From: Amoebophrya sp. A120
Taxonomy: Eukaryota; Protista; Dinoflagellata
Direction: 5' to 3'
Assembly: GCA_905178155.1 (NCBI GenBank)
Contig: CAJINV010000013.1
Span: 548,344-612,343 of the forward strand
Length of the DNA stretch: 64,000 bases
Below the pieces are notes generated by a model. It did not search any database. It saw only the letters and a program-made list of their open reading frames with translations, and had not been told where the DNA came from. Below are positions 1 to 11,856 of the stretch, piece after piece. The translations under genes and the position numbers were made by a program. Within the stretch, counting starts at the first letter, position 1, and the number at the start of each line of letters is the position of its first letter.

Positions 1-841
1 GCCAAAGGGGAAAGTTTGCCACATCCCGCGGATCTCGATGTCTGAGATGAAGAATCAGATGAAGGTCATCTTGTTCGTTGTAGAGGAAGCTACGTACGAG
101 GAAACGGCTCTTCTTTATTGGAACTTCGTCGACCACCGGCTCCCGGCTCAATTGCAATTGCAGTTCGGTTTTATGTTGTTCTTTCGATGAAAATCAGAAT
201 CGAAGTGGATCTTTCACATCACTTTTTTGCTTATAGTATTCACACCTTTGTTACTGCTGACGCGGAGCTCCTTCATTTTGGAATCTTAAGAAAAGTACTT
301 GACTCGTCTACCCTTGTTACCATATTAATCCCCCTTTAAAATTTTGATTCTTGGTGGTGCTCCCCCCGGCACAGACAAAAATGGTTTCAATCAATAGAAA
401 TATCACAAACTAGAGCACTCTATATATATACGTCCTTTGTTCCTAGAAGCGTTTCAGTTCGAGATAAAAATTGGTTTATACAGTAGAAGCGCGACCTACT
501 TAGCGAATCACAACCCGAAGAAGTGTTCCGCGAAGTGATTTGCCCTGATACATGACTACTGCCTGGGGACATGCATCAACCAGCCTGCTCGTAGTAGGTT
601 CAAGACTCGGAATTTTTGGCCCCGTCGTGGTGTGAAAAAAGAAAAGCATCGTATAGATCTATGATCGGACTCGGTGCGGTAAACAATAAAAAAAAAACTT
701 GACATAAAGGCTCCGTTGCTCCTTTTTATGTCACAACGTTAGAAGACTTTCAGTCGGAACACGAGGAGATCCAGAAGCAGATCTGAATTGTGCAGTGAGA
801 GACACGGGCCTTGTCACAAAAATTCTGCAAATAAGATCAAG

Positions 842-3800
842 ATGCCCCGAAGCCGGGACCAAGATCATGGCCAGCACCGGAGGAAAAACGACAAACATTC
901 TTCGAAACCGACCGATCAGCTGCTGCCGGACGATGTTTCTGGCCGGGATCCGTCTGCCTCGGAGAATGAGGAGGCGGTGTCGTTTTCTTTAGAAAACCTC
1001 AGAGGACCCCACCGGAACAAGCACGCGCAACCCGCCGCGGGGGCGGATTTGCCAGCGCCGAAGCAAGTCCGGTGTTGTCCGACGGACATTATTTGTTGTT
1101 TCGTGTTCCTCGCTTACGTCACGGTTTTGTTCGGGACTAGTATCTATCTTTTCGTCAATTCTTCAATAAACCAACCTCGCGACCTGGATGGCAACCCGTG
1201 CAAGATCCCGGGGGAAATCCTCTGGAACCGCTACTGCATTCCGGTATGCATTGCAAATATGTCTGGGTCTGGAAGGATGCGAACTTGTGATGCGCATTTC
1301 GCAACACGCACAAATCTCTCATGCAGAGGCAGCAAAAACAGCCACTTCCTGTCACCAAAATGGGTTACTTGTCATGCGGATTAGGCAAGCCGGAAGCTTC
1401 TCGAAATCTGTCATGCTAGGGCTTTCATGACAGATGTTCTGTGTCATGCAAAAACAGCATGACAAAAATCTGCATTCTTCCAGACCCAGACATTTTTGCA
1501 GTTGATATCCGGACCCGACACACAAAATAAAGCCCACGAACTACAAACGAGGACCTCTGCTCCCAGCCGTAACAGAACCAGAGGTGGACGATGACGACAC
1601 CAGCGCGACGAGCAACAGCGGTGATAAAGTCATCGAGAAGTGCCCCCGGTGGCACCCCGGGCCCGCGATGCAGACCCAGCAGGTGCAGCGGCGGAAGAAG
1701 GACAAGCGGACGGGGAAGCTGGTCGACTTGCCCAAGCGGTGGCTGCCGGTGGACTTCGCGTCGCGGTACGTGCCGACGCTGAATCGGTGTGTGCGGTACA
1801 AGGTTCAAAGCACCAAGTACTGCATGCCCAGGGACACCATGTGCTTTGGACTCACTACGAAAGCGAGAAACAACGCGGCCATGCGAACCGCGATGCAATT
1901 GCTGTTGAGCGACACAATTGTACGAAAAGCAGTAGAACATACTGACCACGAAAATCGTCGTGAAAACAACGACCACGACCAAGGCTTCCTCCGGCTGCAG
2001 CAACAAAACATGAATGAGCAAAAATTTATTTCTAACCAAACGCAACAGTCCGCCGCTAGTACTTCTATAACCGGCGCTACCAGTACCACCATCAACGAGT
2101 CCGCGGACGGCCTGTCCCTCTGGCAGCGGGTCTTTCACAAGCGGAACGACCAGTCTGCCAGCTTGACTCCGCAGCAAATCGCGCCGGAGGTGGATCAGTT
2201 TGACTTCAGCACGTTCACCAACGATGAGAACAACCTGGAGTTTCGTGGGTGCTGTCCCGAGCAGGTGGCCGCGGCGTTTCCGAAGCTATCCACGCGGGAG
2301 AAGCTCTTCCTGAACAACGACGTCGACTGTTACTACACTGACGCCTACGGCCAGTTCCTACCCTTTAACGACGCGACAAGGTCGAAGTTGGTGGAGAACT
2401 ACGAACAGACGATCGCGGACAGTGCGACGGCGAAATCGAAGAACAATCGGATCTATGCATTGTAAATATGTCTGAGGCTGGAAGACTGCCAGGTTTGTAC
2501 ATGCATATTTTGCATGACCCATGACGCCTGTAATGCATGGCCTAGCATCACAGATTTCTAGACAGCATCCTGATGCCTATTTCGCATGACAAATACTCTC
2601 TCTGCGTAGCAAAAATTGCCTTCCCTTTGCTGCTCATGCAACACAGATTTTTTTGGATTCCAAATGCAGCATCACAAGTTACATTCTTCCAGACCCAGAC
2701 ATATTTGCATTTGATAGGATCACCCAGATTCTCTGGCTCGTGAACAACAAGCAGATGATATCCTGTGTAAAAACGTCCCCACACCATAGTTGTCATGCAA
2801 CTCTGCATGCTTAAAATGTTTCTCATGCGGGGCCCCATGAGAAGCATTTTCTAATGGTGTTTTGAAATTTGTCATGCTCCAATCAGCTGACGAGAGCGTG
2901 TGTGTGTGTGTGAGGAGGATAGTTTGGAGTGCCAGGTCCGTTGGGCCCGGGGTGGCGGCGTCTTTGGGTTGATCAACTCACCCGAAACACAATGCCATTC
3001 CGCAGTAGCACAGTCTGTTTATGTCATGCTCCAATCAGCATGGAGACTAGATCTGTAATGCTGCTGAACTAGCTCAAACAGCACTACACTACGCGTCCAA
3101 ATTTGTCATGCCAAACAGACAAAGCTTGTGGATTTGTCTAGCCGATTCCCCATCTTGACTATGGGGTGGGTACGTTTTTACATAGGATAGATGATGAATT
3201 ACCAAAATTTATACGAGGATGCGGTGAAAGAGGAAGAGCAAAGTCAAAACCCGCAAAACAGCTACCCGAACCGGCAGTCCAGCCCGGCTTTTTTCCAGAG
3301 CAATTTCGCCCAGGACGCCCTGAACGCCTTTCGCTCGCAGCAACTCGTCTTGAAACTGGAACGGCCGATCCTGAACCCCTCCACGACCACCGCCGATGAT
3401 CTGTGGTCGCGGACCGAAAAGCAGTCCTCCGCCCACTTCACGAAGTCGCTGCGGTCGAAGTTTTGCGCGTCCGAGTACTATATCAAATGTAGAAATGTCT
3501 GGGTCTGGAAGAATTCACGTTTGTCATGCTTGTCTGGCATGACTCTTAAATCTGTCATGCACGTTACCCAAGCGCTCCGTTTTTCTGTGATGCATAAGCG
3601 CAGTTTGTCATGCAGAATAGGCAACACCTAGGAGCTCAGAAACTTGTCATGCTGAGCCAGCATTTGTAGCCTCATCATGAGACGCAACCCAGCATCACAA
3701 GTTTCCAGACCCAGACATTTTTACATTTGATATACTACGACGACGCGAACTCCAGCCAGGCGGAGGAAGAGAACGAGATCAACGGCCTGCTGGCCAAATA

Positions 3801-5567
3801 CGGGTTCCAGATCTACGACCTGGTGCGACTGGAGTGGAAGCTGGTGCTGCTGTTCGGGATTTTCTTGCCGATTTTGTTCGGGTTTGTGGCCATCTACCTG
3901 ATCCCGTACTGCATGAAGTTGCTTACCTGGCTCATCTACATCGTGGCCTTCACGACGATCATTCTCGGGAACTTTCTGCTGCTGATCAAATCCGGCTGGC
4001 TTCCGGAGTTTCTCCTGAACGAACTGGACGACGAGGGGCCCTGCGACTTCATCCCCACGGTGTTCTTGTACCACCCCAGCGAAGCCGCGGGCTACCGCAA
4101 ATGGTCGGTCTTGGCCCTGATCGGCGGTTCCGTGTTGCTGCTGCTGCTGGTGTTGCTGAAGAGACGAATCGATTTGGGGCTGAAATTACTGCAGACCACC
4201 GGGACCATCATTTTGCAACTGCCCGGAATCCTGTGGTTCGGCGTGTTGGGCATCGCGCAGACCATCGCGATCCTGTTGGTGCTCGGGATTCCGCTCTACC
4301 TCGCGTACCAAACCACCCCCGACGAGATCAAATCCATCGCGATTGTCCAGACGATCTGCGGCGACTCGTTCGGAAAGGAGTTGCTCGGGGAGGACACGAC
4401 GACGTGCTGTGAGTCGTTGAACTGGATCTACTTTTGCTTCATGCTCTTCGGCTTCGTTTGGTTCTTGCTGTATTCCTTCGCGGTGATGGAAACCTGCACC
4501 GCGATGTGCGTGTCCAAGTGGTACTTCGAGCGGCACGACCCGAAGTCCATGTTCTACGATTTGGAGCACGACCGGGCCTGTTTCCGACCCATCTGGTTGA
4601 TTGCCGTGGTGCTGGGGAAGCATACAGGTAGGTCATCATGTGGGGGGATAGGATTTTGCGGATTTCATCATCATCTCAGGAAATCGAAATATTTTTCTGC
4701 TTGTACTATCAGAATGAAAACCAAACCTAGCAATTCTACGAAGATGGAGCAGTATCAACCTAGTCGAAGATGATGAATAAAACGCTAGTACGTCATTGTT
4801 CCTCCGATCATTCACACCAAGGTACCTGCGCGTTCGGTTCGTTCCTGCTCGCGGTTTGTTGGACCCTGCAGATCCTGTACGCCGTTCTGGAGTGGGCCAA
4901 GCAAAAAGCGAAGAAAACGGTGAGTAGCACGGCCCGGCCGCTGACCGGGACGACGTCGGGCAGCGGGGAATCTTCCTCGAGCTCCTGCTGCTCGTGCTGC
5001 TCGTTAGAAAAGATTCTTCTTGCCATCAACTACGCCATCATGTACATCTGCGGGCAAGCGTTCGTGTTCGTCGCGATCGAGGGCTGCAACTTCTGCAAGT
5101 CCGCGATGAAGGTGACGAAGCTGATGCTGAAACACCCGGTGCAGTGCGCCATGAATTTGTTTCTGACCCGGATCGTCTCCGGGTTGCTGCTCCTCCTCGT
5201 GCCGCTCTCGATCGCGTTGCTGACCTTTTTGACGCACAACGTGGGGCTGTTTCAGCTGTTCGCGAACGGGTTCAGTGGGAAGAACAGCTGCTCCAAAATC
5301 GCGGCGAATGGGGTGTACAACAAGTTTCTCGCGTTTCAGGAGGAGGGAATCAGCCTCCCCATGTTCTGCTGCATTTTGTCCGTTTTCCTCATGTTCACGC
5401 TGTGCAAGACGTACAGCACCGCGGTGGACGCGCTGTACATTTGCATTTACCGAGATCTCGACTCCTTCGACGGCCGGTACCTGAACAACTCACCGGAATT
5501 GCACTCGCTTTGGAAGAAAAGTGGCAAGGAAAGCGGTGGTAAGCACTCGTCGGAAGAGGAGGAGTAG
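842..5567 (+). CDS. Choline transporter-like (CTL/SLC44/Pns1 family) membrane protein; exons about 842-1244, 1513-2453, 2722-2758, 3195-3480, 3738-4627, 4822-5567
   Basis: N-terminal RCCPTDIICCFVFLAY, multiple TM segments, KHTGTCAFGS (HxGSxAFGS-like), A..FVAIEGCNFCKSA and AVDALYICIYRD motifs typical of CTL. Frames join after removing four introners and one GT-AG intron (4628-4821). Confidence 0.85.
1245..1507. mobile_element. Introner family A (263 bp), TSD tccgg
   Basis: tccgg|TATgcattgcaaatatgtctgggtctggaag ... cttccagacccagacatttttgcagttgATA|tccgg; excision gives YCIP-DPTHK in frame. Confidence 0.93.
2454..2716. mobile_element. Introner family A (263 bp), TSD ggatc
   Basis: Same TIR core; ggatc on both sides; excision gives NRI-TQILW. 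Confidence 0.93.
2759..3189. mobile_element. Introner family B (431 bp including nested insert), TSD gatga
   Basis: TATcctgtgtaaaaacgtccccacaccatag ... ctatggggtgggtacgtttttacataggATA; excision gives KQM-MNYQ. Confidence 0.93.
2888..3021 (-). mobile_element. 134-bp SINE-like or truncated retro-insert nested in the introner
   Basis: Flanked by 18-bp direct repeat tgtcatgctccaatcagc (2870-2887, 3022-3039); (TG)n near the left end; removing it returns the host to 279 bp versus 280 bp for other family B copies. Confidence 0.75.
3481..3732. mobile_element. Introner family A (252 bp), TSD tacta
   Basis: TIRs as family A; near reverse-complement copy of 59252-59503; excision gives EY-YDDAN. Confidence 0.95.
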
Positions 5568-6852
5568 GATGAAATATGTTCTTCAGGGTTTTCAAGAACA
5601 ACATGTAGGAATAGGGAATGATTTGGGTGTGCTGGCTCCCCCAGAATGAACTCACGAAGTATGCAGAAAAAGAACAAAAATGCATTTATTGAAGATCTTT
5701 CACAACATGCAGAAATTTGAGTTTCGGATTAAATACTCGTATTCCACCGTTTCTGCCATGGTGTATCCAACTTACTAGTCTGAGAAAATAATCCACAATA
5801 TAGTACCAATTCAAATTTTCGATGGTGTTTACCGAGTTTCGAGTTGAAGAAAATTTACCTTCTGATTTCTTTGTGGCTAGAACATTTCTTCGAGTGCTAG
5901 GAAGTTGAGTTTTGTAGTGTCGACACCTTCTGCGAAAAGTATCTAATGTAAGTAAGTAGTTAGATAGTACTACTGTGTCAAATCGAAATCACGTTGAGAA
6001 CAAAGAGAAACCACCAGACCACAATTTTGTATGGGGACTACAACATAATATGATCCCAGATTGAGAAACACCACCATGCTTGAAGAAACCGAAAATCAGG
6101 TACACCTGAGTGTGTTTCTACTTGAAGAGACAGCTTGCCTCACCCTCTCAGGAGTTGCCTGCAGCCTGAAGCATCGTTTTCTTTTTTGAAGTTGCGCATG
6201 AAAATTTCTTTTAGCGAGAGCTTCCTGCACTTGCTTATTATACTGCCAGAAGAGTGGAAAAGTGAGCGGCTGGGACGGGATAATAGAACCAAAGGAGGCG
6301 AAGTTTTACGGAGGCACCAGTGGAGAGTACAAACACAGTAGAACTGTTTTTGGCAAGTGCCAGGCATGATAGATAGTCTCCGACTGACAGATTTGCTAGA
6401 GATTTCATCGTCATTCTGAGAGGGGAGAACAACACTCTCTTCTCTCTGCTCTTGTTATCCTCAGACTTTTATTTACAATCCCAAATGACTCTTTTATTAT
6501 GAGATGTCAAATGCGGCGTCTGCTGTCCCTGTCTCAGTCACTTACCTAGGGCACATGAAGACATAGGCTACTTCGATTGATTGTCGTCTGTAGCTTTGGA
6601 CGGGCGCGGACTCGGAAATTCTAAATTATGTGACTCTTTTCAACCGCTACACGGCACAAAGTTTGTCGTGGGGGGCGTGCGGTAGTATGCACTAGTACCT
6701 TTGACCTAAATGGTAGTGTAGCGCCCGGCGGCCGCAAGGGTGTTTCGCGAGACCCGGACTCCATCTCGCGGGTTTTCCATTCGGGACCAGCTGCGTGAGA
6801 TTCGAATAATTTCTCCTCGCGTTGGAAGACCAATTCTACCACGTTCACCACG

Positions 6853-9800
6853 ATGCTGCGGCGCAGTCTCGTGTTCTCTACCACATCCACCAGTGCGACG
6901 CTGGCGTTGCAGCAAAGTTCCAAGAATAGAAACGAGTACGCAATACCGCTGGAGTCCTCGGGGCAAATCGACTTGGGAGACCAGGAACGCAGGGACGATG
7001 AAGATTCCACACGGCCGCCAGGGAGCGCTTTGATGAAGGAAAAACAGAAAGTGTTTGAAGGCGGCACGACGAGGACAGCAGATAGAAGGTCCTCGTCTTC
7101 GAGTTCCTCTTCGACCACTACTAAAAGTGATCCAACTTCTGCGCAAGCGGATTTGAGGACAGGCGAGGCACAGACAGGAAAAGGCACTGCTGCTTCGAAA
7201 GCATCCTCTGTAGTCACCACCAGCAAAAGCTCCAAAACGTCCAAAAATAAGCGGAAGGAGCGACGCCAAGAGGCCGTAGATGCGGGGAAGAAATCAATTC
7301 CAAAAAAGAAAATGATGCACGACGAAGTACTCGTGGATCCGGATGCGAGTACGTCTTTAGACGACACAATCTCGGCGGATGATGCAGAAGAAGGTTTGGC
7401 GGCTACAGCAAGAAGAAGTGTTGAGCAAGTGAAGAAAGATGATATCGCTAATATCGCACAGCAGGAAGGTAGAACCAAGAATCATCACCAGGTCGAGGAC
7501 ACGATAATTCCCCTCCAGGGAGACGAGGGAGACCAGGTCCATCATCCGGAAGCCGGTCTGCTCGACTCCAACTCCGGAACTTCAGGGAAGCTGCAAGCTG
7601 CGACCCAGCTGAAACACACGGTCCGGTCCAGGGTCGCTTCCACCATGCACGAATCCCTCGCGAAAGCCGGGAGCGAAGCCTGGTCCGCCACCTGGCACTA
7701 CACGGTGAAATTCGACCGCCCCAACGCCGACCACGCCGGCGGGGTGCTGTTCGTCGCCGGTCTCCTTCGGGACGAGGATTTTCTGCGGGAGTTGCAGGAG
7801 CAGCTCGGGGCGGACACCACGCTGGCCACCGAGCAACCGGCCATCATCGAGGCCGAGGCGATTGAGGCCGAGGAAGCCTGCGAACTGTCCATCAAGTTGG
7901 CCGCCGCGGAGGCGGCCGAGGCCGCGCAGAAGGACCCGCTCCCGCTGGAAGCGCAGATCTTGGTGATCGTGCTGTGCCTTTTTCAAATGGTTCTGACCGT
8001 CCACGTTTTGATCACCAGCGACTTGCCGCCCCTGGAGCCGGAACCCGTCTACGAGCCGGAAAAGGAAGAAGTCAAGCTACGGGACGAAAGGCGGAGGCAA
8101 ATGCTGGTCGGAGATGTCATGCTGTTACTTGTGTATATTATAATAGATAGGCAGACTACAGGGGTGGAGTTTGTTTCTGTTACTGTTTCTGTATATTTCC
8201 GCACTTCATGCTGTTTCACCATGGTGGAGCACAGAAATGGTCAGCATGACACGAGCACGACCCATTTTTCTAGTTCATACGCTGTCGAAGTCAAAGCTCC
8301 GGGCCCAGCGATCGACCTATCGAAAGTCCCCGGAAAGAAAGCGGAGGGGGAGGCGGAAGGTTCAATGACTCAGTTTGAGTTTTTCTTGCGAGGACGCGAC
8401 CATCCAGCACGATGACTATAGGATAGATACTGAGACTCTTCTAAATTCATGCTTATCTGCTTACCTGGCACTTACTCTTTATTTCGGCTTTCATCAAATC
8501 AAGTCGCGCACGAAACAAACAACAAACAGCTCCCGAGGCACCGGTGATCCAGGGTTCGGGCGCAGCGTTCAGCGGCGCTGGATCCTCTGCGGTTGGCGGG
8601 TCGTCCGCTTTCGGTGGCGGCTCCTCTGCGATGGGTGGCGGTTCTTCTGCCTTTGGCGGGGGATCGTCCGCAATGGGCGGGGGTTCGGCGGCATTTGGAG
8701 GAGGTATTATTTAACAATATGTTCTTCCTGCAGTACAAACGCAGTTCTTGCAGAAAACGAAACCCTTTATCACCCGATCCTGATTTTTTCTGACTCTGGA
8801 ATCTTGAAATGCATCTACATTTGGATTTTCTCTGTGCAGGCACAGACCAATATGTCTGAACATAATTACAGGCTCTTCTGCTATGGGCAAAGGTTCAGCT
8901 GCTTTCGGCGGAGGAAGTTCGGCGTTTGGCGGCGGCAGCTCCGCAATGGGCGGCGGTAGTTCGGCAATGGGCGGCGGCTCTTCGGCTTTCGGTGGCGGGT
9001 CATCAGCTATGGGCGGCGGTTCGTCAGCTATGGGCGGCGGATCTGCAGCTTTCGGCGGCGGCAGTTCGGCGATGGGAGGCGGATCTGCAGCATTCGGCGG
9101 CGGCAGTTCGGCGATGGGTGGCGGTTCATCCGCGATGGGAGGCGGGTCCGCGGCGTTTGGAGGCGGCAGCTCCGCAATGGGAGGCGGGTCCGCGGCGTTT
9201 GGAGGCGGCAGCTCCGCAATGGGAGGCGGGTCCGCGGCGTTTGGAGGCGGCAGCTCCGCAATGGGAGGTGGCTCCGCGGCGTTTGGCGGAGGGTCCTCTG
9301 CCATGGGAGGCGGATCTGCGGCATTTGGCGGTGGCTCTGCAGCTATGGGCGGCGGCTCCTCTGCCATGGGTGGCGGCTCCGCAGCCTTCGGTGGTGGTTC
9401 TGCAGCACTCGGAGGCGGCTCAGCAGCAATGGGTGGTGGGTCAGCCGCTTTTGGTGGGGGCTCAGCTGCTATGGGCGGCGGATCAGCTGCTCTGGGCGGC
9501 GGTTCGATGATGGGTGGTAAGTCCACATAGAAAAATCACTTTTGTGTTTGTCATCCTGATGGATCATGTCGCTGATTCATCCTGAAGTGCGAATGATCGA
9601 GGCACCCAAAACTAGTTTTGAAAGTAGTTGTAGAAAACGAAGAAAAAGATTCACGTTATTGCCGCAAACCAAAAAATAACCCAGGCGGATCTGCAGCTCT
9701 CGGAGGCGGTTCTGCAGCTCTCGGAGGCGGCTCGATGGCGGTGGGCGGCAAGAAAGCGGGTGGCGGTCTTGGTGGCGGTTCCATGGCCATGGGCGGTGGC

Positions 9801-10984
9801 GGTTCGATGGCAGTGGGCGGCGGCTCCATGGCCGTTGGCGGGGGCAGTATGGCCGTCGGCGGAAAGAAGGCCGGCGGCGGCTTGGGAGGCGGCTCCATGG
9901 CGATGGGCGGCGGCGGCTCCATGGCGGTTGGTGGCGGGAGTATGGCAGTTGGAGGAGGCTCGATGGCCGTCGGCGGCAAAAAAGCGGCAGGCGGCGGTGG
10001 AATCGGGGGCGGGTCAATGGCCATGGGCGGTGGCGGCTCGATGGCAGTGGGCGGTACTTACAGCAATCATTGCACGCAGAACTGCAGCTTTCATGTACAT
10101 TATCACTCTTCACAGTCGACCGCACTGCAAACAAGCTACTGCTGAAATTAATCGCTCGCTCTTGTTCCCATTTTCCATCGTAGGTGCGGAAGATAATGTC
10201 ATATGCTACAAAAAAACAGGTGGCTCCATGGCTGTCGGCGGTGGCAGCATGGCAGTTGGAGGCGGAAAAGCTGCGGGAGGCGGAATCGGAGGTAAATCCA
10301 AATTGCCACATCTTCACACAGCATGCTGCACTTCTTGTCGCTGCTGCAGTCGTGCAGCTTGTAAATGCTTCATTTTTGATGCAGTTGACCTATTTGTCAA
10401 GCGAAGGACGACAGTTGTGAGTGTGGTGTAACATGCATAATTGCAACGAGTTTCTTTTTTCCCTCTAGTAACCCCGTCAGTTGGGTAGATTGATCATTCT
10501 TTCACTCACCAAATCCCTGAAATACTCCATTATCTCAGGCGGGTCCATGGCCATGGGCGGCGGTTCAATGGCGGTCGGAGGCGGATCTATGGCAGTGGGC
10601 GGCGGTAAAGCGGGGGGCGGAATCGGGGGTGGCAGCATGGCCATGGGCGGCGGAGGAAGCATGGCCGTGGGCGGCGGTAGCATGGCCGTCGGCGGTGGCA
10701 GCATGGCTATCGGTATTGGCTTTTTTGCCCATAATTGTCTGCGGTTCGCTATGCAGGCCATGATAGGGCATGGATTCTTGTAGATAGGTCGCAACTAATT
10801 CTACTTACTTCCATGATAGTTTCACATGATTTGACATGCATTTGCATGCACAAGAACCATCGAACCATAATTATGCGTGATTTACAAATACTTACACAAA
10901 TCATGCACAGGTGGTGGCAGCATGGCGATCGACCCGAAGGCAAAGGCAAAGCCTAAGGGCTCCCCGGCGCCCTCCCCGAGGTAG
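6853..10984 (+). CDS. Hypothetical single-pass membrane protein with Gly/Ser/Ala/Met/Phe heptad-repeat tail (paralog 1)
   Basis: ORF from 6853 with AWSATWHYTVKFDRPN domain and a TM segment. GT-AG introns 8360-8529, 8704-8871, 9517-9684, 10054-10219, 10292-10538, 10713-10910 join the GGGSxAx exons; stop TAG 10982-10984. Probable in-frame intron about 8078-8284. Start codon uncertain. Confidence 0.75.
8078..8279. mobile_element. Degenerate in-frame introner candidate
   Basis: AT-rich block ending ATA; inverted repeat tgtcatgctg (8115-8124) / cagcatgaca (8242-8251) extends imperfectly outward; 202+5=207 nt keeps frame; TSD not preserved. Confidence 0.45.
8560..10930 (+). repeat. Coding 21-bp (7-aa) repeat arrays GGGS(S/A)A(M/F) and GGGSMA(V/M)
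   Basis: Direct translation of exons; synonymous variation between units. Confidence 0.9.
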
Positions 10985-11856
10985 AGGAGAATAAAATTCC
11001 AGCAGAGGTGGAGGGGAAGAAAAAAGTTTACCGACTCTCAATGTAGTATTTTTTTCGACAGATGAGTGAGGCATAGAAAATCTAAATCAAAAGCAACAAC
11101 ATCATGTTGAATCTGACACTGACATGTAAATTTCCTTTGAAATTATAAGTAGGAACTGAGCATCAAAACTCTGGCAATAATTCGCTGAATACTAGATCGT
11201 GGCGCTACGATATCGCTGTACTTACGAACTTACTTACTTTTTGGGAGCGTGCATCTTTTTGCTCGTCCAGTCTCTCCTGATTGAGGAACAGAACAGCTGA
11301 ACTCACTTACTTACGTATTCTGCTATAATTACAGTTCTTCTGATGTAATACCTTCGGCGGATCAAGAATGGTATCCGCTTCCGCTCTTCCTCATTACCAC
11401 AAAAACCTTTCAACTGCGCAGAATTATGTGACGGTCTCTATCTTCGGTCAGCGATCGAAGGAGAAAAGGAAAAGACCCGAAAGAGGACAGCAGAATCACC
11501 AAGGAAAAGTATCTGCGAACGGGAGACTATCGGAACCAAAAGCGGCATCTTGGTGTAGTTTTCTCCTGCCTGCGACTCTTTCGTCATCGGAATCTGGATG
11601 AATTGTAGAACTTCATGTAATGAAGGACAACTTCTTTGCTAAGGTTGAATCGCAAATATGAAACGGTCGTGCCTCTCAGTACTACAAGAGATACCGAAGT
11701 CAAGTTATAGAGTTAAGACCGCGCACTCCATATCAGCACTCAATTGATAGCAAGTGCAAGAACTCATTGTCATTTCCATGTAGAGCAGGACTTTGCTTCG
11801 TTCTGCGCACCAGAGCCTTATTTTCTCCGCGCTCACTCTATTTCTTTGCCACCGCT

